Shown: piece after piece, positions 52,401 to 64,000 of the stretch | How positions within the stretch are numbered: the stretch's first letter is position 1 | How the letters are laid out: each line of letters opens with the position of its first letter | Source: Laetmonice hystrix | Taxonomy: Eukaryota | Reading direction: 5' to 3' | DNA length: 64,000 nucleotides | NCBI GenBank assembly: GCA_965235115.1 | Contig: OZ249436.1 | Span: 51,212,001 to 51,276,000, forward strand | Notes under the pieces: model-generated | What the model was told of the DNA's origin: nothing | Seen by the model: only the letters and a program-made list of their open reading frames with translations | Database searches by the model: none | Program-made: the position numbers and the translations under genes

Positions 52401-55400
52401 AATTCACTGCTTGCATGTGTTATACCAGTGACAGATTCCCAGGTAAAGATGATCCTAGGACTGTGGGAACTTTCAAATAGACAGAGGGAGGAGGGAAAAC
52501 TAAAAGAATGTAATTCACTGCTTGCATGTGTTATACCAGTGACAGATTCTCCGGTAAAGATGATCCTAGGACTGTGGGAACTTTCAAATAGACAGAGGGA
52601 GGAGGGAAAACTAAAAGAATGTAATTCACTGCATGTGTTATACCAGTGACAGATTCTCAGGTAAAGATGATCCTAGGACTGCGGGAACTTTCAAATAGAC
52701 AGAGGGAGGAGGGAAAACTAAAAGAATGTAATTCACTGCTTGCATGTGTTATACCAGTGACAGATTCTCAGGTAAAGATGATACTAGGACTGCGGGAACT
52801 TTCAAATAAACAGAGGGAGGAGGGAAAACTAAACGAATGTAATTCACTGCTTGCATGTGTTATACCAGTGACAGATTCTCCGGTAAAGATGATACTAGGA
52901 CTGCGGGAACTTTCAAATAAACAGAGGGAGGAGGGAAAACTAAACGAATGTAATTCACTGCTTGCATGTGTTATACCAGTGACAGATTCTCCGGTAAAGA
53001 TGATCCTAGGACTGCGGGAACTTTCAAATAGACAGAGGGAGGAGGGAAAACTAAAAGAATGTAATTCACTGCTTGCATGTGTTATACCAGTGACAGATTC
53101 TCAGGTAAAGATGATCCGACATACGTGATAACGACGTTTTGACGTCAGGAGTTGTCAAGATCATGTTGTCGGCGTCAGACTCACCACCAACCACCAGCTT
53201 GTAGCTGTCCATGTTAGATACACCGACATTCTCTACCGTCACCTTTTACAGTTAGTGATCGTAGTGGGAACATCAGTTAAGGAGCATGACCCAGGTATGT
53301 CACCCAAAAATATACATACACTGGCTTCCAACATAGCACGGCGAAACGGGGTCTTAGTACAATGATTGTGTTGACACGCACCAGGAATTGTTCCTACCTG
53401 CAGGTTATTCCGAGGCCAAGTCGTCCCAGATTGGAACGAAAATATAAATAAACTTGCCACTTTTTGTAGACCTGTCACTTCGGTATTGGCATCTTAACTT
53501 GTGAAGATACGTAACGGTTATCACAAAACACTTTCGGGTGTGAAGATCATGCAGTTAATCTGGATAATCTGGATATCAACATCGGAACGTTTTTGTTGAC
53601 ATTGCATTCATTCCAGGAATTGGTATCAAGAATGGTAACTTATGGTCGGGTGGTTTGTTGAAGATACCCCCTGTTTATAACAGCTTCAGTGTATAAAAAT
53701 AAACAGCTGGCACGAATCTTGCCTATTTTCACAGCAGGGAGGGTTTTTTCGCTTTCACCCCTTCCCCTGACGAGGACCAGATGTCATAGTGCCGCCAAAT
53801 GTTCTGTCGTCAGTAAAGCTAACACCACAGATGCTAAGATGAACTGGTAAGGGGAAAATGGGAGGTGGAGAAAGTAGGTTGGGGTCGACCCGAGGGGTCA
53901 CCTGGCGCGTGCCGACCCCAGGGTTGGAAGGAAGAATGAGGGTTCGGGGGTACAGGATGAACTCACAAAACAAGGGCAAGGCCACACTTCCCCCATGGAC
54001 TGAGCGCTTCCGCTGTGGGAAGTCAGAACACCCTTGTTGGGAGTTCGAGATCCACACACTGGTTTGATACCGTACAAATACATCATCAAATATTTGGTTA
54101 CACTTTCATTTTTTGCAGAAGTTCGATTTAATGTATTAAAGGCATATTGTTTCTCAGCTTTTCCCTGGGCAAATGAAATTTTAATCCACCATATCAGTGA
54201 GTTAAAATGTGCATGTAGGCCTATCCAGAGCCTTTTCGATTTATTTCAAGCCTCCACATTTTTTAACACGAGACTTCATATATTACAGAACCAGTTTTAA
54301 GAGACATGTTTTGTATGCCCTACCAATCCCACAAAAGCGTCACCCAACCTTGTCAGGTGTTGGGCAAAGGTAAATCTGGATAGGTGAGTTAAAAACTGAC
54401 AGAACTAGACATGCTCCTGCTGTGGTGGCGTATACAACGAGGCATTGGTAGGAATTAGAATTAAAGGCATACACCATAACTACTTTGTGCCAGTATCACT
54501 GTCCTGCTGGGAGGTGTTGTATGCACATATACCTGTAGCTCAGTCAGCCCTGGGCGGGTATTTCAATAGTTTACGACTCCACCCCACATTCACACATGTA
54601 CGTATACGTCTTCAGGCCAGTTATCACTCATATCCAAGATGAAGAAACAGGATTTAGCATGTATTTCCCCGCCAAGAATTCGTCTAGTAGCACAAGAGTA
54701 GAGGCGTGTAGAAAAACCATTAGATTCCCGGTGTCAATTAGCAATAAAACACTTGTATAACAGGCACTTTATCAGGCGTAATGAAACACTTAACCCAGAA
54801 ATTCCTTCAGCGTTAGTCAACGCTTTCATCTCTCTTCAGATTTACACTGATTTAAAGTAAAGGTCAGCCAGCTGAGACATGGTATCACCTCATGAATATT
54901 TGTGTCTCTAGGCATTGCCCAGCTACTCTCAAATCTTGTTGCCTCTAATCGTTTGATCCTTGATCTTTCGCCTTCGACGCCTTGACACTGGAGAACAGAG
55001 ACAACTCTGGTATTCTACGTTTAATTTGTCCTCTTTCGGTAATATCTTAAGATTTCGAGATAACCGGCCTATATTCTAGGTTAGATTTTACAAAGAGGAA
55101 GTACATTGATGATATGCACAGATGTGTCGGTCGTTAGTGTGCGTGCCAAACGCTTGGCTCAGTGTCATTCGGAATTCCCGGCATTAGAAGATGGCAGAGA
55201 CCCATGGTGGAAGAAGATGCTCGGCTGCGTACGTCAGGTCTCAACCACGTGGCTGTATACTACCGGGTACGTACGTCAGGTCCCAACCACGTGGCTGTAT
55301 ACTACCGGGTACAGCGCTAAGCAACTCTGCACACATGGCCTGGAAACGGGAAAATATTTAATTCTTCAGGTGCATGGTTCCGTTATATAAAGGATGATTG

Positions 55401-57962
55401 ATGATTTTAGTAGCCCTAGCTGTTAAGTCGGCTTTCAGTGTAGTCTGACTGTCTGGATCTCTGGTCTGACTCAGTGCTTCAAGAGATGGTGACCCTAGAT
55501 ATACGGAGTTCGAAGTCATTCTACACCACCTTATATACACGTAGGTTATCTGTCTCCTTGATCTGCCTGACTCAGCCAGCACTAGAGGAGCTTCCCCAAC
55601 ACGGCACGCCTTGAGAGACGTCAACCTGTGGCAATATTTTTCTGAGTGACCGTCACCCCTCAACATATTCCCAACAAATCCCAAGTTTACACAGGCCTTT
55701 TGTACGGCTTTTGTTACAACAGAAGCCACTTTATAAACACCTTGCGTTTCTCAGATGCCGCGAGGTAATGCCTGCGAATTCCTACATTTTGCAAGGGCCA
55801 CCCACCGCGCAGATGAGCATCTGAAAGCAGAGTATGACATGGTAAAGCTTTCAGAAAGATGACACGCTATTGTAGGGCGGACACAAGGAAGCTGAGTAGC
55901 TGAACAATGCCGGCGGGCCTACCAGGCGGGGCTGAGGGATGTTCTGTGCTCCTCATCGCCACCAGTCTATAACTATAGTCTGGCAGTTAGACTAGCAGGA
56001 TTTGCCTCAGACGAAGATCCGACTAGCATGCCTTGAGTTGATCGTCAGCCTGAAGTAGACCATCACTTCAGCATACATGTAGGCTACTTCAGGATCTGAT
56101 TTACACCGGCCGGCGTCGACTCCAGTAGGTTGGTAACAGGAGAGGTGGTCAGACTAGGTACTGGAAGGCGACTGGAGGCCCTGAGGGGGCCAAGAAACCC
56201 TCGGCAGGTTTGAAGAATAACGTCCGGGAATGGAGGGATGGTGTTACATTACGGGAAGGAGGAAGTGTAGTCCGGTCTTTGACAGATCAAGGTATTAAAA
56301 TGGAGCCAGGGTATCTGGGTCAGCATGACCCACTTGGAACACCCTCCAGTCTCAGCCTCAGTGTTTCAGTGAACGAAGACTTTCCCCTCTCAGGAAGTCT
56401 CAGTCGCACAGTGCGTTCTGATAGTATGAACGAAACTGGGAATATTGCTGTGACATTACATTATGTAAAAAAAGGCAGGCTCTAGACGGCAGGGCCAGTT
56501 CTCAGCCATCTTTGGATTCATTGAAAGAAAAGCTGAGAAAACGTCATACATGACATGTGTCCTTTGTTCTCCGTATACTCACCATGTTTTCATTCCCTGA
56601 TCTTTTCTAACCGTTCTGCCACTGTTGTTGAGCTCCTCCTCGGTTATTTTCTAACCGTTCTGCCGCTGTTGTTGAGCTCCTCCTCGGTTATTTTCTAACC
56701 GTTCTGCCACTGTTGTTGAGCTCCTCCTCGGTTATTTTCTAACCGTTCTGCCACTGTTGTTGATATCTCCTCCTCGGTTATTTTCTAACCGTTCTGCCAC
56801 TGTTGTTGAGATCTCCTCCTCGGTTATTTTCTAACCGTTCTGCCACTGTTGTTGAGCTCCTCCTCGGTTATTTTCTAACCGTTCTGCCACTGTTGTTGAG
56901 CTCCTCCTCGGTTATTTTCTAACCGTTCTGCCACTGTTGTTGAGATCTCCTCCTCGGTTATTTTCTAACCGTTCTGCCACTGTTGTTGAGATCTCCTCGG
57001 TTATTTTCTAACCGTTCTGCCACTGTTGTTGAGCTCCTCCTCGGTTATTTTCTAACCGTTCTGCCACTGTTGTTGAGATCTCCTCCTCGGTTATTTTCTA
57101 ACCGTTCTGCCACTGTTGTTGAGCTTCTCCTCGGTTATTTTCTAACCGTTCTGCCACTGTTGTTGAGCTCCTCCTCGGTTATTTTCCTCTCATGACTTTC
57201 ATGGTTCGTGTTTTACCTCCTGCATACCTCACCTTTGTTATCCTTCATCTTTCTCCATCCAACCATGTTTTTCTGTCATTCATCCAGTCTGGCCTTTCCC
57301 CAGCCGGCAATAACTGATACGTCGGAAGGCGGTCACTCAGAATATAGTTCACCTCAAGTTTGTTCAGGCAGTGATTTATTATACTTGGGGAGACCTGGGG
57401 AGTTTAGGGTTAAACGGGGTCTCTGGGCAGCGTTAAGGGGGGAGGGGGCAGGTACCTGATACCCTACCCTCATCAACCAGACCAGATACTGGATACTTGA
57501 GTTCCGCCGGCTTTTCGAGTGAACGCGGGAAAGGCCAATTAGCAGCAATATTGTAGACTAGTTTGCTTCACAGTGTAATGTTACTGTCGGTTTTAAATGC
57601 AATTTTTTAGGCCCTATATATGGGAACTCCCTATATTTGCATCCAAATGTATCCGGGTTTTTTTATAACCTTGAATATGAAGCTCAGACAAAACAGCAGC
57701 GTCCTTATATCGAGAGCATAAGTGCTACTAATTACGTATGGTACAGATAATGAAGATATTTTTGAACGACTAATTCCGTTTGACCCACTGACCCCGTGAC
57801 CTCTGACCTCTCTCCCAGATCCTCCCCGGAGGTTGTCTTCCTGGGTGAGGTGTCAGACAGGCTGGATGTTACATCGTATTATGTCGGACCCAGGGATAGG
57901 GATGTGAGACCGAACCTCCCCGCATCCTGGCCACTGGGGAGGCAGGATGTGGTGAAGGTCAG
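43466..57962 (+). CDS. Putative spliced gene of unknown function (three candidate exons)
   Basis: Exon from about 43445 to 43595 (ATG at about 43466: MTTLSMGQLGELSGVHKSVRWTVGGHCLHCLSTQGPAGDGH, donor ag|gtatga, phase 2); exon about 43999-44110 (SQYLSVSIVLIASWAFSFRQLPVSQPTTCDQQDV, donor |gtaagt, phase 2); exon 57819-57962 (SSPEVVFLGEVSDRLDVTSYYVGPRDRDVRPNLPASWPLGRQDVVKVR, phase 2-2). The second and third exons are open only in the phase-compatible frame. I recognise no homolog, and intermediate exons may be missed. Confidence 0.4.
43771..43962. mobile_element. Short MITE-like insertion with caggggcgg / ccgcccc termini
   Basis: Begins caggggcggatttagg and ends ccaccccgccccg. No TSD confirmed. 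Confidence 0.45.
45511..45845. repeat. Tandem array of an 83-bp self-complementary unit (4 copies)
   Basis: Period 83 (marker near 45521, 45604, 45687, 45770). Each unit gttgcatgactgtccgttcgttaatttcccc-atgtattttcaat-gggaattttaacgaacggaccgtcatacaac folds back on itself. Confidence 0.92.
45940..46720. repeat. GC-rich mosaic minisatellite built from shuffled 15-30-bp modules
   Basis: Modules ggggtcaggtccat, agggcataccgtccc, gggggtctgaccgtcccacgagtca and ggggcccgtccccgtcca recur in varying order. Confidence 0.9.
48806..49503. mobile_element. Non-autonomous DNA transposon with about 110-bp TIRs flanked by TA (Tc1/mariner-type MITE)
   Basis: 48806-48918 (ccgctag...gtttagacaggaccgaaggtgtgagaaatctgtgcc...gacactacccc) is the near-perfect reverse complement of 49390-49503. 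TA is present at 48804-48805 and 49504-49505. Confidence 0.8.
52098..53116. repeat. Minisatellite, 111-bp unit, about 9 copies
   Basis: gtaaagatgat recurs at 52110 and 52221 (period 111). One unit has a 4-nt deletion near 52630. Confidence 0.95.
55358..55920 (-). pseudogene. Possible decayed tyrosine-recombinase-like fragment (DIRS/Crypton-type element)
   Basis: ORF text KYCHRLTSLKACRVGEAPLVLAESGRSRRQITYVYIRWCRMTSNSVY loosely follows the YR C-terminal pattern H-x-x-R-x-G-x-A...A..G....I...RW.S....Y. An upstream in-frame stop is present. Weak resemblance only. Confidence 0.25.
56603..57185. repeat. Minisatellite, 44-46-bp unit (ttttctaaccgttctgccactgttgttgagctcctcctcggtta), about 13 copies
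   Basis: Directly visible. Confidence 0.95.
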
Positions 57963-58769
57963 GTAGGCTTGGCAGATACTCATCAACCAGACAGGAGGAT
58001 GTAGTTATTGTTATGGTAATTTTTACGGTTCGTCCTCATCCTGAAGGAGGAGCCCAAGTTTTACTCAAGAAGGAAAGTAATGGGTTTGCATGAAGATATT
58101 CTATTTTAGCATTCAGAAAAAGGAGTGAGCCGAGTTCGCATGACGATATGCAAAACAGGGATAGTTAAAAAGTAAAATATTTTTATAGAAACGAGACTCG
58201 ATGTAGACCTTCATCTCTGTCTCTGACCAAAAAAAAACTGTCTTGTGAATTGGTTTAATTCCCTTTTTGAATTCGTAAAAAGGAGAAAACCATTCACACA
58301 ATGTTTGAATGTAAACAATGGCAAGTGTCGCGGAACATGGTTTTAAGTGGTCTTTGAATTCAACCTATCGTGGTAATTGTAAGTTAAATGGAAGATCTAT
58401 TGTGGCCTATGTGCTATCTTTGCGTTGTCGGTGAAGGATATGTTTTTCCTGTCAACCACATGACCCACTTGATATGACACCTTTACTGAGTACCCCCCCC
58501 CCCCTCTCCGAGCGTGCGTGAACATCCTTGACTGTCACTCAGCTGCCCCACACCTCCGAAGCTTTAGCGGCGAGTATTTCGTTGGGTTTCTTTGTCTTCT
58601 TCCTCCCCCTTTTCATCTTCTTTTTCGTCGTCTTCAAAGTTCTAGGATTCAGCAGAATCTCTCTCAGTAAGATTGTCATTTGTTTGCAGACACTAAACGC
58701 CATCATCATAGGCGGCGGAAGCGCCCCCCCCCCCCCCCCAATAATCCTGTCCCTTGCATATTTTTATGG

Positions 58770-59671
58770 CACTCGATCCTGGCCTGACGGTGTCAACCTA
58801 ACGACGTCACCAGCGGGATTCTCCAATCACACCTCACTGCCACCCCACTCGATCCTGGCCGGACGGTGTCAACCTAACGACGTCACCAGCGGGATTCTCC
58901 AATCACACCTCACTGCCACCCCACTCGATCCTGGCCGGACGGTGTCAACCTAACGACGTCACCAGCGGGATTCTCCAATCACACCTCACTGCCACCCCAC
59001 TCGATCCTGGCCGGACGGTGTCAACCTAACGACGTCACCAGCGGGATTCTCCAATCACACCTCACTGCCACCCCACTCGATCCTGGCCTGACGGTGTCAA
59101 CCTAACGACGTCACCAGCGGGATTCTCCAATCACACCTCACTGCCACCCCACTCGATCCTGGCCGGACGGTGTCAATCTAACGACGTCACCAGCGGGATT
59201 CTCCAATCACACCTCACTGCCACCCCACTCGATCCTGGCCGGACGGTGTCAACCTAACGACGTCACCAGGGGGATTCTCCAATCACACCTCACTGCCACC
59301 CCACTCGATCCTGGCCGGACGGTGTCAATCTAACGACGTCACCAGCGGGATTCTCCAATCACACCTCACTGCCACCCCACTCGATCCTGGCCGGACGGTG
59401 TCAACCTAACGACGTCACCAGGGGGATTCTCCAATCACACCTCACTGCCACCCCACTCGATCCTGGCCGGACGGTGTCAACCTAACGACGTCACCAGCGG
59501 GATTCTCCAATCACACCTCACTGCCACCCCACTCGATCCTGGCCGGACGGTGTCAACCTAACGACGTCACCAGCGGGATTCTCCAATCACACCTCACTGC
59601 CACCCCACTCGATCCTGGCCGGACGGTGTCAACCTAACGACGTCACCAGCGGGATTCTCCAATCACACCTC
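58770..59671. repeat. Minisatellite, 76-bp unit, about 12 copies
   Basis: cactcgatcc at 58770 and 58846 (period 76). Units are almost identical. Confidence 0.95.
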
Positions 59672-61889
59672 AATTATTGCGACCATGTTAACGACCAGCA
59701 CCCACTCGTAGGGGATCACGACATGATCCTACTCCCCATCGCCTTCTGTAACCATGGCAACTTTATCTTTCGTTTAGACAACCCAACATCCAGGAAAAAA
59801 GGCAAGGGAAAGACTGCCATCTGTGAGATGAACGGATGAGTTGTATAAGACGTCCTCGAGATATGCTCCTAGATTTAGTTGTGATAAAAATCTTCAAGAA
59901 AGAAAATTTCTTTTTACCTGGTTTGTTTGGTATTAAAACGATCAGTGTGAGAATGGCTCGGGAGTGTTCGGATGAGGTTCAGCGTGATATGACATCTGCG
60001 GCAGCCCTCCCCCCAAATATGATTTTATTCTCAAGATGACTAGACCAGTCAGCTCTCCCGTGCCTATGAATGAGGTTTTCACCACCAACATGGTTTATCG
60101 ACCAAATGGTATTAGATCGGCTTTTGGGCATTTGAATTACGTTTAGAGCCTTAAAACTGTTGTATTTCTATCCTAGAAGCCGATCCATCATCGATAGAGG
60201 CTGAGAGCTCGGACAGCTCACATGGTGTGAGGGAAATTACTGGCGATAATGTCTAACACCTGCGGGTCTTGCATCTCTTACCGTTACATCGCCTCATGGT
60301 AAAACCATGGAACTATAGCGAATAGTTCCATGGTAAAACAGTCCGTGGCCAGCGAGTTCTGCGCTAACTGTGATCACGCTGCGGTCTCTCGTTATCAACT
60401 CCTCAGGTCCCTCAGCACGCCGCCCCCCCCCCACACCCGGCCACCCCACACCCACACCCTGCCACCCCACACCCACACCCAGCCACCACTCACCCTGGGT
60501 AGAACATGGAGAGTGGTTGGGCCCGCCAACTGTTCTCTATAGACGGAACCGCCCACGTGTGTGCTGAGAATATTAATACATGAACGGCCGACTAATCCAT
60601 CCGGCTTGGGTCTCCCCGTCACACGAAAAGTTCGAGTTATGGACACAGCTATGAAATCAGAGTGACACAAGTAGAGGCAAGCTGTGGTGGGGTTTTCTAT
60701 GTATCAGTAGGTCTATATAAACGAGAAGTTACTGTATTGCTGGCATGGTCTGTTAAAGTGACATTGCTCTGAGGTGATACCGTCATACAAAGTAAAAGAT
60801 GGTCCGAATAAAACGTTGAGTGGTTGGATAGGTTACGATTTATAGAGATAGTTGTTGTTATCGAGATAGTTAATCTACTCGATCTTTCTCTTCTACCAAA
60901 AAAATAACATTTCCAAAAAATCAAAACAGAGACACCCTTGAGGTTGTCATCCATGAACATTTCCGTCAAACTTGGATTTATTCATGATCAGATAGCTCAA
61001 GGTCCGAGCAAACGTTTCTACGTGCCGTGATTCTCGCCATCAGGACTTGCGAACATACAATAGAACAGATACTCAATCATTCACATACATGACATGGTTT
61101 TTATATGTTTATATATGGGGGTTACTAGCAAAAAAGGGAAAATCTTTTAGCCCGTAATAGAAGCAAATCCTTAAAACTTGTAGGATTTCTGAAAAAGCAG
61201 GTCCTTCTAAATCGTGGGAACCTGGCACGTTACGTTTGACATTTGACCTCGGGATCAGGCCTTGGAGGAGCACATAGGCCTACATAAAATTTGTATATTA
61301 TACAGTGGTATACACTCTGGATGGGCATGGGTGGAACTTCTGCTCAGGGCAATGGCTGTGATTGCATTCCTAAACTAATATATCTAATTTCACACGTGAG
61401 TCATTTTCCGTCCTCTGTTTCAAATAGACATGACCTGACCAAGGTAACAGACCCCGGGGTCACATATTGTGTGGCATGCTTTCATTATATCTGGCCTTTA
61501 GCAGTTTGCAGTCAGCGCTTTGAAAATTTAATTCCAGGGACCGAAATTGCGAAAATGACACATAACATCGTATCTCGGAGATGCCAGTTTCATGCGATAA
61601 AACTTGCCATATAATATGATATTAGAAAACCGGATATTGAAGTGAAAAGTTCGTTAAGTACAGGAAAAAGGCATGAGCTGAGTTCTGTACATGTAGACTC
61701 ATCAACGGTGTTCCTATTCGTTACAACCGTGGGGATGGAGGTCGGGTAGGAAGAGCAACGTCTTGCGTCTCAAATTCTTGAAACCACCTACAACAAAATC
61801 TCAGTAAAAGAATCCGAGAAATGTTTGTGAGGCGTTGAGTCCTGACTTGGTTGGATTTGTTCACACCACACGTTTTAATAAATACCCGC

Positions 61890-62900
61890 CGGTTACATGT
61901 CGTACTTTCCCAGAGTCAGAGGAAACACGTCGCGGAGTATAAGTGAGACCATTAGATACCAGAAAAAATGGTTTAGTGCTGCCAGGAACGTCTCTATTTA
62001 TGGGTATTGTCTGCGATTCACAAGAAGCCAGCCTGACTCAGACTACGTACCAATAGTACATGGTATAAGTCAACAGTTTGATTCCAAAAGGCTTGGTGTC
62101 TTTGAGGACGACAAACATGGTCGTGTGGCTCGTCTAGTAGATGGTCCGGATGTTGTGTGAGGGCCTTTGAACGTTGTACCGGCATATAGGACTCCAGGGG
62201 CGGAGTTCTTGTTGCAGCCAACACGCCCGTACCATGAGTGGCAGGCCACATGGTTGGGGGAAGGATCTGGCTGGAGGGAAGGATCCAGGCGAGTTGGTGG
62301 AAGCAGGGTGGTTTGTGTGGTTGTCTGGTTGCTTGGATGTTTAGTTGGATGTTTGGTGGCCAGTGGCGTTTCCACGTGGATGCCTGCGGGCGCCGCCAGC
62401 CCAGAGGATTGACTCCTTTCAAGCCTTGGAAGTGTTGAGATCTTGAAGTTTTTGAGGTGTTTCTATAGAGCCCGATGATTGGTCTTTGAGGGTCTGTACG
62501 TAAGTTGTTGTGCCGGGGGGGGGAGATTGTCGTCGAAACATGTATCGGAACGTCATGATTGACTTGACAGCCCTCTTGAGCCATGTTCAGACAGAGGTGG
62601 AATATCGGTAGCTTCTATCTGTGTGAACACGCTATGTTGCATGAGTTAGGTTGCCTATAGCATAGCTAGTCTGGCGCTGGGACCACGGTTTAGTGATCCG
62701 GAACATCGGCTAGACCTCTGTCTGAACACGGTGCCGGATTAGGGGCGCTGTCGGCGGCACTTATCACGAAAAGATAGGTCGCTTCGCTGCCGGTATATCG
62801 CCTGTGTCTGAACGCTAGGCGGCATACTTAGTAGCGGGTAAGTGGGATATCTCTAGATAGACAGGATCAGTAATCCGGTCTGTCCTGTCTGAACACAGTC
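61890..62900 (-). mobile_element. Probable decayed DNA transposon end (gttcagaca repeats) with adjacent broken ORF
   Basis: gttcagaca at about 62585 and its reverse complement tgtctgaac at about 62719, 62805 and 62886. The putative terminus gactgtgttcagaca is Harbinger-like. The ORF 62018-62584 has no motif I recognise. Confidence 0.35.
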
Positions 62901-64000
62901 TCCTAGAACGAACAAGAAATCTAAGGCGTTATGTCGCCCTGCGATTCCTTACGATCTGTCGGCGATCGGTCGTTTGCTCTGCTATGTCGGTACGCCAGCA
63001 TCGCATTAGAAGCATCAGCGATCCTCTAGCATCCTCGCTGACGCAGTCGCAAGGGCAAGAAGATTGTTTTGATGTTTGTTAATTCTGAGTATATCCTTGT
63101 GCGCACGACCCGCATGTAGTTAATGGAGATATAAAGCAGACGACACTGATGAAGTATAGCTTCCCGCTCAATGTAGTCTCTCACTCACATGGGCGGAATA
63201 AATTTTAGGAGTTTTTTTTTCATTGAGTGAATGAAATAAGATTCCCAGGTAAAGTCATATACATGTATCGTTTCCACACGTTTATTGGCGACAGGACAAT
63301 TTGGAAAAGAGAGAGCCAACTTCTGCCCGAGTAAAGTCAGAGTCCTTGCGTTAGAATTTACAGGTAGCCTATCCATCCTCTACGCAATACAATGTAGTAC
63401 GTTCTTCAGAGGTTAATCAAACGCGGAAACTGGTAGCCAATACACGTGAATGCTCATGTTTTGTAATACTCTTGACAATTAATAGTTTCAATACCGGTAG
63501 TTTTATTTAACGATTGAAGGGATTGGCCATTGACCTAATTCACTGTCAAAAGGTCAAATGAGGCCAGACATAACGGCAGAAATCATTTGGATAATACATT
63601 AGGAGTTTTTATCTGTGTCAATATTTAGTAGAGTATCAGACATGTCTCATCGTGAGAATTAATATGTATTCTATGCTCATGACAAATTGAAACCTTGAAG
63701 TGTTAGGTTAGACGGTCTACCAGTGACGCCTAATTATGACCTACTTGCCAATAGGTCAATCGCCCGGCCCATCCCGACTGAAAAAAGAAGAAAGAGAAAA
63801 AATACTCGCCGTTAACAATTTTTTCATGGTTCTGTCGCATGAGTCAGATATCTTGTGCCGTACTAGTTGACATCGAGAAATTGAAGGAGATCATAGGGAT
63901 TTCTGTAGTAAGGTCTAGTAATACTCGCACCAGTGAGGACAGCAGGCACATCGGAAAAACAAACATGAATCTAAAGAGACAAAAGGTTCATGAGATTACA

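Noticed and set aside
14500-63160. Hammerhead ribozyme cores (ctgatga) at several sites and in the tandem units
   Set aside because: None is followed by a stem II and GAAA at proper spacing by eye. An Infernal scan would be the definitive test.

Overview
Eukaryotic (metazoan) genomic DNA, probably from a marine invertebrate such as an echinoderm. The taxon is only inferred from abundant taggccta/acatgta motifs and long G/C runs. The left 28 kb holds three recognisable spliced genes: the 3' part of an ALP-type PDZ-LIM gene (+, 1-9065), a complete 13-exon acylglycerol kinase gene AGK (-, 12279-18253, 420 aa) and COX11 (+, from 18560). AGK and COX11 sit head-to-head with 306 bp between their ATGs. 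I could not find the last COX11 exon in the window. The remaining sequence is intron or intergenic DNA dense in MITE-like elements, tRNA-derived SINEs, decayed LINE and other transposon fragments, and about ten unrelated tandem arrays (units 26-334 bp). Three phase-compatible exons suggest an unidentified + strand gene at 43.4-58.0 kb. The most interesting observations are: AGK has GGNG in place of the catalytic GGDG motif, plus a Cys-rich insertion; a near-identical 334-bp array of Pol III (A/B box) units whose head looks derived from an intron-containing pre-tRNA; a minisatellite that multiplies an AGK splice acceptor; and frame-coupled alternative splicing in the PDZ-LIM gene. No prokaryotic systems (CRISPR etc.) are present. 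All calls come from manual reading; no database searches were run.
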